A stretch of 64,000 nt of DNA from Azolla caroliniana (Eukaryota > Plantae > Polypodiophyta): assembly GCA_043228905.1 (NCBI GenBank), contig JBHGNT010000002.1, positions 1,612,001 to 1,676,000 on the forward strand, in the 5' to 3' direction. Below are positions 27,119 to 40,064 of the stretch, piece after piece. A model generated the notes under the pieces. That model searched no databases. It was not told where the DNA came from and saw only the letters and a program-made list of their open reading frames with translations. Both the position numbers and the translations under genes were made by a program. Numbering within the stretch: position 1 is the first letter of the stretch; every line of letters starts with the position of its first letter.

Positions 27119-30100
27119 ACGTGACTTGATGTTTTGTACCCGATTCATAAAGGGATCGGTGGGTGAAAAATAGTAGGAGGCACACGTTTATAAGGGGGAT
27201 TGTGCGTATCCCTATAAAGGGGGACAAGGAATAAAAGGGAGGAGGACAAGAGAAAACGGGGATCGTGTATTGGAAAGGGGAGAAGTGCTGCTGCAGAACG
27301 GAGGCCGAGCTCTATCTCCTACTCCAATCGTCGCTCTCTGCGGATGTCGGGAGGTCGCTGCCTTTGCTTTGTGGACAGCCTGTGTGCTTCCAGCAGAGTC
27401 GCTCCCTTTCCCCTTTTGTTTCTATGAGTCGTGCGACTGTCGTCGGTGTGCGTGAGCAGGGTCCCCGTGTCGGGTCCGTCGCCGCTTTGTCGGTTGTAAC
27501 TGTCAGAGTTTGTAATCTCTTGTCATTATAATTAAGTGTTACGTTCTATATCTCTCTTTCTCGCTTCTACGTTTCAATGAATCTCTCTCTCTGTTTGTTT
27601 GTCTGTCTCTCCTCAGTCCAAGACCCCCGTGGTCCCGCTCCTTTCTACACGTACGCGTGTAACAACGCGACAACGTGTGTATGTGTTCACATACGTATAG
27701 AATCACAACTACATTTATACCCCCTACACATACACAACATCATGATAACATTCGACCCTCGCTCATCACACTTGACTCTTCGTACATCTCGTACGGGGTA
27801 ACACAATATGGCACGCTCGTGGGAAAGTGCCTTGCACGTCGATCCCACATGCCTTGATGATGATATTTCTTCGACCGGAACTTCCATCGGTCCTTTCAAC
27901 GATCGACTCCCTCGATCGGAGTGCTTGACTCGAACATCTCCGTCGGTCAGCGACTCTTCTGCGACACGAACATTCTCGTTCTGTCGACTTACGAACTTTG
28001 GTAACATCATTTGGGTCATCAAAAAATATTATATGTATGTGTGTTCTTCTTTGTATCTTGTGAGTCACGTGTGGATCACATCCATTTCTTTTAGCTTGAT
28101 GAGTTTTTGAAATTCCGTTGGTGCCTTTCGGTTTTGAAAATTCTAGTATGTACCCTCATGTTTTTAAAAAATTTGCACATGCCCTTAGGTTTTTTCGAAA
28201 TTCCTTGGATGCTTTTTATCCTTCTCTTTTTCTCCCACTCTTTTTTCTGTTTTCTATCTACTTTTCTCCTCTCTCTCTCTCTCTCTCTTGGTTCTGTTTC
28301 TTCTCATGCTTTTGTCATTCTTGCGGTTCCTTCTTAGCCGTTTGTCTCAGCTTTTAACTTTCTCTTCCTCCTCTTTCTTTCTGCTTTCGTTTCCCGCTTC
28401 TCTTTGCCTTCCTTTCTCTCCTCTCTTCATCTGCTTCTTCTTCCGTATTTGTCTTCTTCTTCCTTTCTCGTTTTTCTCCATCCTCTGTTCTATGCCTTCT
28501 CTTCCTTCTCTTCTATACTCTGCACTTTCTTCTTTGTGTGTTCTTGTTCCTTCTCTGTTTCTGGCGATCCAGCAGTCTGGGTGTTTGGTTGTTCGTTCTT
28601 TCTCTCATTCCAAGGTCTCTTCGTCACTATCTCCATTTCTTTGTCTCTATCGGTCTACCAGCCACTCATGACCGTTGGTTGTCCCCGCTCCTCTATCTGT
28701 CGCCTACACTGTCTGGCCCGTCGTTTCGGCGTCAGTTGTCCGGCCTTTCTTGCCGCATTTCAGCCACTCCGGCCATTCCGGCTGCATTTCGGCCACTTCT
28801 GTGCATTTTGGCCGCCCCGACCGCTGATGACCGCTTCCCGGTCGCCGCCCTGTTTTCAGCCACTTCTTTCGCCGTCTCTGTCCGGCACTGTCATTTGTCT
28901 TCCGGTCCATCTCCATCGCCATTCTGGCTGCGGTTCGGCTGTGTCTTTTCGGCCGCCTCTACAACCTTTTGATCATCCTTGTTATTCTGTCCGTCGCCTT
29001 GTCGCCGTCTATTCGGCCCGGTCATTGTTCGTCTGTGTCTTTTTGGTTGTCTCTCACACCACGCTTTCTGGCACATGCACTATGTGGTTAATTGCACATT
29101 TGCACATTGTCGTTTCCATTCTCGCACACTCACGTAATGTCCTCATTCTGTGACTTCCTCTCAACATTGTCATCGTTTTTGTACATCTTTGGCACCATTT
29201 CTTGGACATTTACACAAAAACAGACCAAACAAAACATACGCATATAGAGATTAATTCGTTGTAGAATTATGCGGCAGTTAATCTTCCATTTTGGACTTCT
29301 TTCGCACATTGTTGTCGCCTTTTGCACAGCATCATCGATTCCTTTTTTCTTTTTCTTTTTCTTTTTTTTTATAAATTTGTTTATATATTATTATTATTAT
29401 TATTATTATTATTTATTTTTTTTGAGAGAGAAAATGATCATTCATGTTTCATTCATTCCCCATAAGGGGTTAAATAGTACAAGAGGGGGTAGATACATAG
29501 GGGTGTAAGCCCCATTGAGCATTCATACTGGACACTCACTCACACCTCCTCGTATCCATCCACATGCACACATGTGTGCATGTGTTCACATACGTATAGA
29601 CTCACAACTACATTTATACCCCCTACACATACACAACATCATGATAACATTCAACCCTCGCTCATCACACTTGACTCTCCGTACATCTCGTACGGGGTAA
29701 CAGTAGTTAATGAAGAGAGAGGGTGACTATATAAAGCACCGTCCTCCCACCTTGTATTTAGTTGAGTCTTTCTCCTTTGTTAATATAATCTACCTTGCGT
29801 ATACTTTGTGTCTTACTCCTTGTCTCTTTCTCTCTCTCTCTCTCTCTCTCTCATACACACACACAGTTCACACCTATTCCGCTACACAAGAATCACACCC
29901 GATTCCTTACATGGTATCACAGCGATTTGGTAGCTCGATCTAGCCCATTCGCCTCATCGTGATCGTGTGTTGTGCTCTACGCCGAAGACCAAGAACTGGC
30001 TCATCGCTATCATAGCTTCGCTACATAGCTCACATTTGAAGAGAGAAGAAGAAGAAGAAGAAGAATCGACATAATGAATATTCAAATGGGGAGCACTCTC

Positions 30101-31800
30101 CCTACCGAGAAGTTGGATCGAAACAACTTTGCATCTTGGGAGTACAAGATGCACCAATACCTTGTCGGACAAGGCTATTGGAGCTACATTAAAGGAGAGC
30201 ACGAAGACCGACCCGCCGAAGCGGCTCCCGGATACACAACATGGGAGCAAGCTGCAAGCCGCGTGATGTATTGCTTGGCGACATGTGTTCACGATCACAT
30301 GCTCGGCTACATTCGAGAAGCCAAAATGCCGAAGGAAACATGGGAAAATCTACGAAAGATTTTCGCGGCGAACACAACCGCAAGAAGGCTTCAACTCCGC
30401 CAAGAGTTGAACAACATTCAACAAAGGGACATGACCATCACGACATACACCTTGAAGATTAAGGAGCTTTGTGACTCGCTCGGCTCGATAAGCGTAAGTA
30501 TAGATGATGATGAGATGGTGCAAATATGCCTCGGCGGCCTCGCACCACGGTTCGGCGTGATGCGAATTGCCGTTCTAGCAAGGGAGAAATCTCCCTCCAT
30601 CTTCGAGCTCCAATCAATGCTATTGGTCAAAGAAAACCACGTGCGTACAAGGAGCAACGAGTTGGAAGGCCACATGTTCTACACGCACTCGAACGGAGGA
30701 AGAGGACACGGATGAGCGAGAGGCCGATTTGGCCAAGGACAAGGCGGACTAGGTCCGACCTACGACAACAACTCCCAATTTCGACTGAAAAACGGAAGCC
30801 AACGAGGAACCTTCGCAAGAAGGGGGAGCTTCCACTCCGGCCCGAGCCGTCAAAACGCAACCGAATGCGGATATTGCGGAAAGCTCGGCCACCATGAAGA
30901 AGAGTGCCGAAAGAAGATGCGCAAAATGGCTTCCACAAGCCGACAACTCACGAATTACGCGTACAATTCCGACTACGAAGAGTATAGCGGAATGTACGGG
31001 CACAACTCCAACCGTGGTGGAATGTTCATGATGAAACATAGAGCAAACTCTATGTCAGCCTCTACCTCAACTAGTGCCTCCGGTCTGGAAGACGTATGGT
31101 TCGTCGATTCCGGTGCCTCAAACCATATGACATCGCATCAAGAATGGTTCCAAGAACTTCGAGAGCCGAACTAACCCGACTATGTCGAAACCGAAGACGA
31201 CACTACGCACCCGATTCAACACATTGGCAATGTTCCGTTCGGAAAAGAAGGTAAGCAAAATTACATTAAAAATGTCTTGCATGTACCGACCATTACAAAG
31301 AATTTGGTCTCCGTCGGCCAAATTGTAGAGCAAGGGATGCAAGTTCGATTTAATCAAGGCGGTTGCTTCATCGAAAAAAAGGGCCGACTCAATGCACGTG
31401 GATGAAGAGAGGGCCGAATGTTCATTCTCGACTCGCACAAGATGAAATCGGTTATGTTCGCAAAGGGCATGAAAGCCGAGTCCGACATAGAGCTGTGGCA
31501 CAAGCGAATCGGCCATATCAATCTCAACAAACTCAAAGCAATGAAATCGAAAGGAGTCATCATCGGACTCCCGACATTCAAAGAGAACGAGATTGAAGGT
31601 GTATGCGAAGCGTGCCAATTCGGCAAGCAACACCAACACCCATTCCTAAAAGAGCGGAACATGAGCAAAGGTCTACTCAACGTAGTCCATTCCGACGTAT
31701 GGGGATCGGCGCAGACGGCTACATTCGGCGGATGCCGATATTACGACATTAGGCACACTTGGATCTACCCGATGCGGCAAAAGAGTGAAGTGTTCGGACA

Positions 31801-32118
31801 TGTTAGGAAATAGGTCCCTCCAGATGGGAGTGAGGAGAACCGGATGTGGAGTACCCGGCAACGGAAGACCCGGTGAGAACTGGATGACGAGTACCTGGCA
31901 AGGAAGGCCTGGTGAGAACCGGATGACGAGTGCCCGGCAAGAGCCGGATGATGCAGGCCTGGTGAGGAGTGCTTACCGGATAAAGGGACATACTTGTAAA
32001 TATGTCTCTGAGAGTCCATTGGGGCTATATTTGAAAATAGCCGAAAAGTCATATTAGTATAAATATGACTTAGGGCAAACTTAGTCTGTGTAACAAGTGT
32101 TGTTTTTGTGTAACCGTG

Positions 32119-32155
<37 letters not shown>

Positions 32156-35100
32156 GAAGAGGATGTTTGTCTCTGTAGTAACCGCTACCTGTGGCGAAGA
32201 CATTGAACAAGAGGTCGTTGCCTCTGTGTTCATCTACTGTATATTGTAACATAGTGATAGTTTGCAGTTTGTGGACTGCCGTGGTTTTTCCCGTGTTTGG
32301 GTTTTCCACGTAAACATCATGTGTACTCTTCTCTTTACTGTGTCGTGCATACATTACCCGTTTTCGGTGTTTGATCCTAGACTCGGTTGTGGCTGAGCAT
32401 GGTCGAAGGAGCGTGTAGTTCCTTTTCAAAGTGGTATCAGAGCGAAATGACACAGAAAAATGGACGATTCGTTGGGAGGCATGTTCAAGCTCACCGGCTC
32501 CAACTATTCTGTGTGGAAGTCGAAGGTGAGGGACATGCTCGTGGTTTATCTTTGGTTGCCGGTTCAGTTCGGGGACAAGAGACCAAACAAAATTGACGCC
32601 ACAATATGGGAGGTGATGCACATGAAGACAACGGCCTACATACGGTGCTTCATTGATATGAGTCTATACAACAACTTCAATGAAGAGAGCAAGGCTCATG
32701 AGCTCTGGGAAAAGATCGGCATCATGTTTCAGAACAAAAATGTTGTTAATCAGGTTTCGGTATTCCGGAAGCTAGTAAGACTCTGGTACCAAGATGGCTC
32801 CAGCATGGCAGAGCACATGAATGCCTTCCAGGGGCTGATACACCAGGCAACAACATTGGAAGTACCTCTCGCCGATGAGGTACTAGCGCTACTCCTGCTC
32901 GGTTCCCTCCCAGATAGCTGGGAGACGTTGGTTGTCACTTTGGGCAACACCAGGCTGGAAGGGAAACGGTTATCCCTAGCAAGAGTGAAGTCGAGCTTGC
33001 TAGATGAAGAGGCGGGTCGAAAAGATAAGGATACGAGCTCCGACTCCAAAGCGTTTCTTACCGAATCGGAACGCGGAAGACAAAGAAACCGTAGTCCCCA
33101 GTACCGGGAGAAGTCGGGGACACGATCAAAGTCAAGGGGGAGGCCTACTTGCTTCTATTGCGGCAAGTCGGGACACTTCCAGAAGAACTGTCGGCATTTC
33201 CGAAAGGACAACGAAACCGACAGTACTGATTCAAAGCGGACACCGGACCGGAAGGGAACGACGGCAATCGCGGCAAGTGAAGAAGAGTTGAAGCTCATCA
33301 CTGAGGAGAGTGAGTTGAACCTTGCCGGCGACGAGACAACGTGGGTTGTCGATTCCGGAGCATCGTTCCACCTTACCCCGGACCGGAAATGCTTTTCATC
33401 CTACTCAGCCGGTGATCACGGCTGTGTCCGGATGGGGAATGAAGATACATGTCGAATTGTCGGCATAGGAGACGTGTGGTTGAATACACCAACCGGATGC
33501 AAGCTGCTGTTGAAGGATGTCCGACACGTTCCGGAGGTTTGACTGAACCTGATATCAGCCGGTCGGGCTGGATGATGAAGGCTACACGGGTAGCATCCGG
33601 AACAGTGTTATGAAGTTCAGCAAAGGGAGCTTGATTGTGGCTCGGGCCCGGAAGGTCAACACACTATACTTGATGAATGCCCGGTTATGCCCGGAAGAAG
33701 TGAACATGGCTTCTGACACTGCCGGTGAGCTGTGGCACAAGAGGCTGTGCCACATGAGTGAGAAGGGGATGAAGAGGCTTGCAGATGACAACCTCATTCC
33801 AGTGAAGAACGTGCACTTGGAGAAGTGCACTGATTGTCTAGCCGGTAAACAAAACCAGACCTCCTTCCGATCGAGGCAACTGATGAGATGTAATGCACCA
33901 CTGGAGTTGGTGCATACTGATGTATGTCAAGTGGAAATGAAGTCACATGCCGGATCGCAGTACTTCGTGACGTTCATAGATGACCACAGCCGGAAGCTGT
34001 GGGCCACACCGTTGAAGACGAAGGATTAGGTGTTATCCGTCTTCAATGAGCTCCACGCAAGAGTGGAAAGAGAAACCGGCCGGAAGCTGAAGGCGGTTCG
34101 AGTAGATAACGGAGGTGAATACCGAGGGAAGTTCGAGGAGTATTGCCGCTCAAAGGGAATCCGGCTCGAATTTACCATGCCGAAGACGCTGGAACTAAAC
34201 GGGTTGGCCGAGAGGATGAACCAGACCATAATGGAGAGGGTCCAGAGTATGTTGGCGCATGTAAAATTACCCAAGACGTTTTGGGCTGAGGCGCTATCGA
34301 CAACGACGTATGTGATAAACAGATCACCCTCAATGCCCTTGGATGGAGACATGCCGCAGAAGATGTGGACTGGTAAGGAAGTGTCCTACTGGCATCTGAA
34401 GGTGTTCGGGTGTCTCATGTACGTGCATGTGGCTAAGGACTAGAGAGGAAAGTTGGATCGAAAGACCCGGCCATGCATATTCCTCGGTTACGGCGATGAT
34501 GAGTTTGGCTACCGAGTGTGGGACCTGGTCGACAAGAAGGTATTCTGGAGTCGAGATATTATCTTCATGGAGAACAAGACTCTTGCCGACTGGGAGTTGG
34601 AGATGAAGATAATGAACTCCGATGAGATTCGGACCCACCTAGTTAAGAGCCGGTTGACACTCAGGAACCAGCTGGTTACGGTGAGGATACCAAACCGACA
34701 GACGAAGAAGTAGAGGAAGCTGAAACCGGAACCGGCCAAGACCCCGAATCGGATTCGGATGAAGAACAGATAGAGGAGCCGGTTGCCGAAAGCCAAAGAC
34801 GCAGATATCCTCTCAGAGAGAGAAGGGCCCCCCGGAGATTTCCGAATGCAGAGCATGTGCTGCTAACCAATAAGGGGGAGCCAAAAAGCTTCGAGGAAGC
34901 TAAAAGTGACACCCACAACCGCAAATGGTTAAGTGCCATGCAGGATGAGATGGATTCCCTGCATGAGAACCATACGTACGAATTGGTGGAGTTGCCGAAA
35001 GGAAAGCGGGCACTCTGAAATAAGTGGGTTTACAAGTTGAAACCGGGCACTCTGAAATAAGTGGGTTTACAAGTTGAAACCGGGAGATGCCGGCAACCCC

Positions 35101-36854
35101 CCGAGATACAAAGCCAGGATCGTGGTGAAGGGGTTCCAACAGAAGAAGGGCGTGGACTTCGATGAGATATTTGCCCCGGTAGTAAAGATGACCTCCATCC
35201 GGACGGTGCTGAGTATAGCGGCAAGCATGGATCTCGAGGCAGAGTAGCTGGACGTGAAGACGACATTCCTTCATAGTGACCTTGAAGAGGAGATCTACAT
35301 GCAGCAACCGGAAGGATTCGTGTAGAAAGGGAAGGAGCACCTGGTTTGCCGGTTGAAGAAGAGCCTTTACGGACTGAAGCAGGCTCCCTGACAATGGTAC
35401 TGAAAGTTCGACTCCTTCATGACCGATCAAGGGTACCACAAGACGTAGGCCGATCACTGCGTGTTTGTGAAGAAGTTCGAAGGAGGCAACTTCCTAATAC
35501 TCCTTCTGTACGTGGACGACATGTTGATCGTCAGACGGGACCAAGCCAAAATACGGATGTTGAAGAAGGCTCTCAATCGAACTTTCGCAATGAAAGACTT
35601 GGGTTCGGCAAGACAGATGTTGGGGATGCATATCATCCGAGGCCGGTCGAAGAAGCAATTGTGGTTGTCACAGGAGAAATACATGACAAAGGTGCTTCAG
35701 CGGTTCAACATGTTAGACGCGAAACCGGTCGAATCGACACTTCCGGCAAACTGCAGATTATCCGATAAGCAAAGCCCGAAGACAAAAGCAGAGAAGACGG
35801 ATATGATGAAGGTGCCATATGCCTCTATCGTCGGGAGCTTAATGTACGCAATGGTGTCTACTCGGCCAGATATTGGATACACAATCGGAGTGGTGAGCCG
35901 GTTTATGAGCAATCCCGGCAAGGAGCACTAGAACGTGGTCAAATGGATACTCCGGTACTTGAAGGGCACTTCGAATATGTGTCTCCGATTCGGCTCCGGT
36001 AAACCTCAACTTGACGGTTTTACCGATTTGGACATGTCGGCTGATGTGGATACCAGCCGATCTACATCCGGGTATGTAATGACATATGCAGGGGGAGCTG
36101 TTTCGTGATAGTCGAGGCTGTAGAAGATGGTTGCGTTGTCAACCGCGGAGGCGGAGTACATGGCGGCTGTGGAAGCCGGCAAGGAAATATTATGGATGAA
36201 GGACTTCATCGAAGAGCTCGATATCCGGCAAGATGAATACCGGCTCTATTACAACAGTCAAAGTGCCATCCACATTGACAAAAACGCAGCGTACCATTCC
36301 AGGATGAAGCACATCCAGCGTAGGTATCATTGGATCCAGGAGTGAGTAGAAGATCGGGAGTTCGCGCTGACAGAGATCCACATGGCTGAGAACGGGTCAA
36401 ATATGCTGACTAAAGTACTAATACCCGACAAGCTAGATGCATGTCGGAAGCGGATCGGAGTAGTAAGACATCCCATGCTGGAGTGAAGGGGGAGTTTGTT
36501 AGGAAACAGGTCCCTTTGGATGGGAGTGAGGAGAACCGGATGTGGCATACTCGACAATGGAAGACCCGGTGAGAACCGAATGTGGAGTACCCGGCAACGG
36601 AAGACCCGGTGAGAACCGGATGACGAGTACCCGGCAAGGAAGGCCCGGTGAGAACCGGATGACGAGTGGCCGGCAAGAGCCGGATGATGCAAGCCCGGTG
36701 AGGAGTGCTCACCGGATGAAGGGACATACTCGTAAATATGTCTCTGAGAGTTCATTGGGGCTATATTTGTAAATAGCTGAAAAGTCATATTAGTATAAAT
36801 ATGACTTAGGGCAAACTTGGTCTGTGTAACAAGTGTTGTTTTTGTGTAACCGTG

Positions 36855-36891
<37 letters not shown>

Positions 36892-37164
36892 GAAGAGGAC
36901 GTTTGTCTCTGTAGTAACCGCCACCTGTGGCGAAGATAGTGAACAAGAGGTCGTTGCCTCTGTGTTCATCTACTGTATATTGTAACATAGTGATAGTTTG
37001 CAGTTTGTGGACTGCCGTGGTTTTTCCCGTGTTTGGGTTTTCTACGTAAACATCCTGTGTACTCTTCTCTTTACTGTGTCGTGCATACATTACCCGTTTT
37101 CTGTGTTTGATCCTAGACTCGGTTGTGGCCGAGCGTTGTCGAAGGAGCGTGTAGTTCCTTTTCA
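31801..37164 (+). mobile_element. Copia element E (Tnt1-like) in the Copia A integrase: LTRs 31801-32428 and 36497-37164
   Basis: TSD GGACA; PBS tggtatcagagc at 32432-32443; CFYCGKSGHFQKNC, WVVDSGASFH, LWHKRLCH, NGLAERMNQT, LYVDDML; PPT tgaagggggag; multiple stops. Confidence 0.95.
35007..35083. repeat. 37-bp tandem duplication that frameshifts the Copia E RT
   Basis: cgggcactctgaaataagtgggtttacaagttgaaac occurs twice. Confidence 0.9.
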
Positions 37165-40007
37165 GGACACTTCCAAAATTTCAAGAATGAAGTTGAGAAA
37201 GCCACGGGCCGACATGTACGATGCCTCCGATCGGATGGCGGCAAGGAGTATTTCTCGGATGATTTCACGGCGTATCTCCAAAAGGAAGGAATTCAGCAAG
37301 AATTCACTTGCCGACACACTCCGCAACAAAACGGAGTAGCCGAGCGCAACGAGAAGCGTCAAAAGCTTGACCCGAAGTCAGAGAAATATATCCTTGTAGG
37401 ATACTCATTGGAGCAAAAGGGGTACAAGTTCTACAACCCCTCAACTCGAAAATCTCGAGTAAGTCGAGACGTCGTTTTTCACGAGTCCGCATCCTGGTAC
37501 GCACCAGAGACAACCTCGACTCTGACTCCGCTCGACCCGGAATCCGCCGAACAAGAGATAGAGGATGAAGATCGCCTTACGCACATGTTCGAAGACAGTT
37601 CGATCACGACCCAAATGAGCGGACCACAAGAGCCTTTGAGCGATCAAAGCACATCACAGCCTAGCCCAAAGATGGACAAAGGCAAGGCAAAAATGGTGGA
37701 AAACGAAGACGATCAGTTCGACGACAGTGAGTTCGGCGGCTTCGATGTACCAATCGGAGCTAAGAAAGCCCTCATCTTTGCAAATGAAAAGCTCCGCCGA
37801 TCCACTCGTGAAAAGATCCCTGTAAACCGATTCAGCTACAACGATTATATGGCGTACCATTACGCCTTTATGATGAAGGTAGCAACAGTACGGTAGCCGG
37901 AAACCTTTTCCGCGGCCGCGAAGGACCCGCGATGGATCGAAGCAATGAATGAGGAGATGCGTGCACTACGCACGAACGAGACATGGGATCTCGTTCCCCA
38001 CTCACCGCACAAGAAGGCGATCGGTTGCAGATGGATCGACAAGGTGAAGTATAACGCCGATGGCTCCGTAAACCGCTACAAAGCTTGACTCATAGCAAAA
38101 GGATACGCTCAGACGCATGGCGTCGACTACGAAGAGACCTTTGCCCCGATGGCAAAGATGACGACGGTACGGACCGTAATTGCGCTTGCCGCGGCGAAAG
38201 GATGGCACCTCCATCAAATGGACGTCAAGAACGCCTTTCTACAAGGCGAATTAGAAGAGGAGGTGTACATGATACAACCACCCGGTTTCAACTCGAGCAC
38301 CCATCCGAAAGCTGTATGCTGACTCAAGAAGCCACTCTACAGCCTCAAGCAAGCACCTCGTGCTTGGCACTCAAAGATAACGCAATATCTTCATCAAATC
38401 AGCTTCCGTATGTCAAAATCGGACAACTCCCTCTACATACGAAACGATTCCCCAAGTCCGATCGTCATCATCTTATATGTGCATGACCTAGTCATTGGAG
38501 GTGAGCATCTCATCAAAATCAATAAGGTCAAATCCCTCCTTTCCGACAAGTTCGAGATGACGGACATGAAGGAGCTCCACTACTTCCTCGGCATCGAGGT
38601 AATTCGGACTCCGGCCGGAATCATGATCTCTCAATGGCACTACATCCTCAACTTGTTATACAAGTTCGGTATGGCTGACTGCAAATCCGTGGCAACCTCA
38701 CTCGATCGCAACCTCAAACTAGATGCGAACTCCGGCACCCAAGCGTGTGAGCCGACTCAGTATCGGCAACTCATCGGGAGTCTCATCTACCTCACGATCA
38801 CTCGACCCGATCTCAGTTATCCGGTTGGTCTCCTTAGTCAATTCATGCAAACACCGCGCGATCCTCACTTGGATTGCGCTAAGCGAGTTCTACGATACAT
38901 GAGCGGCACAATGGATTACGGTATCCTCTACAAGATCGCGATGCCAATACGACTCAAGATGTACATAGACGCCGATTGGGCCGGCTACAAAGCCGATAGA
39001 AGATCAACCTCTAGATTTATTTTCTCCCTTGGCAACGCAGCAATATCCTAGAGTAGCAAGAAGCAGCCTACCATCGCTCTTTCGATTACGGAGGCGCAAT
39101 ACAGGGGCGCAACCATAGCTGCATGTGAAGCCGTATGGCTTAAGAGGATTTTGAAGGATCTGGGCATTCCCATCAAGGATCCAACTCCCCTTTACTGCAA
39201 CAACATGACCAGTATTTATTTGGCTCGGAACCCAGTGTTCCACGCGCGGACAAAGCACATTGAAGTGCACTATCACTTCATCCAAGAGCGCGTTCTAGCT
39301 GGCGATGTCGACCTACAACACATTAGCACCAATCTTCAAATGGCCAACATCTTCACTAAAGCCTTAGGAGCCGACAAGCTATGGCAATTCATGACCGATC
39401 TCGAATTGATGATCCCTGACCTGCCAAGCTTGAGGGGGAGTACTGAAGATGCTACGCAATAACGTGTGGATTCCGCAAACCGCGCACACTACGCAATAAT
39501 GCGTGGATTATGCAACCGCGAAATGAAGCCGCAAAGAGCCGATCTACCGCGCAAAGCCGTGAAGAAAGACGCAAGCCGAAGCACAAACTTCGCAACTACG
39601 CACAACGCAAGCTGGAGCACGGATCTCGCAACTCCGCATAAATGCGAGTCGACGCGGATTTCGGATACCATCTAAAACTGACCCGACTTGAGCTTGAGGG
39701 GGCGTGTTGAGAATCAAGCTCAACTTGGTCTAGTGTGTGAACTCACCTTGAGAGTGAATAGACACTCCAACGGTCAAGAGTCACCATTATGTCACCTCTT
39801 TGTATTCTAGCATTTAGTATGAGTCATAGAATCATATTCTATGACACATAACTTATGAGCTTTCACATTCCCCATGCTCCATGAGTCTTGTAGTTAATGA
39901 AGAGAGAGGGTGACTATATAAAGCACCCTCCTCCCACCTTGTATTTAGTTGAGTCTTTCTCCTTTGTTAATATAATCTACCTTGCGTATACTCTGTGTCT
40001 TACTCCT

Positions 40008-40064
<57 letters not shown>

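Larger units (their letters stand above)
19404..27672 (+). mobile_element. Ty3/Gypsy element C (tRNA-Trp primed): 5' LTR 19404-20029, PBS 20034-20050, gag-pro ~20074-22905, pol ~22896-26325, 3' LTR 26395-27672
   Basis: TSD ACGT on both sides. PBS tggtgaacccgacgtga is complementary to the plant tRNA-Trp 3' end. CCHC knuckle CMWCDAIGHIRKDC, protease VDHGSEINLM, RT LPQGGTNS/FLDD, RNaseH, integrase H-H-CC zinc finger and WFGPY. Contains stops and frameshifts. Confidence 0.95.
19031..29702 (+). mobile_element. Non-coding LTR element B inserted in the Copia A 5' LTR; 5' LTR 19031-19403 plus 27677-27803, partial 3' LTR ~29422-29702
   Basis: TG...CA termini; TSD GTAGT at 19026-19030 and 29703-29707; the LTR end tacggggtaaca occurs twice; PBS-like tggcacgctcgtggga (tRNA-Arg type) near 27809; pyrimidine-rich interior with no pol motifs. 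Confidence 0.85.

Noticed and set aside
28404-29153. 249-aa hydrophobic ORF that might be env-like
   Set aside because: Product of low-complexity CT-rich DNA, open in several frames, with no recognisable domain
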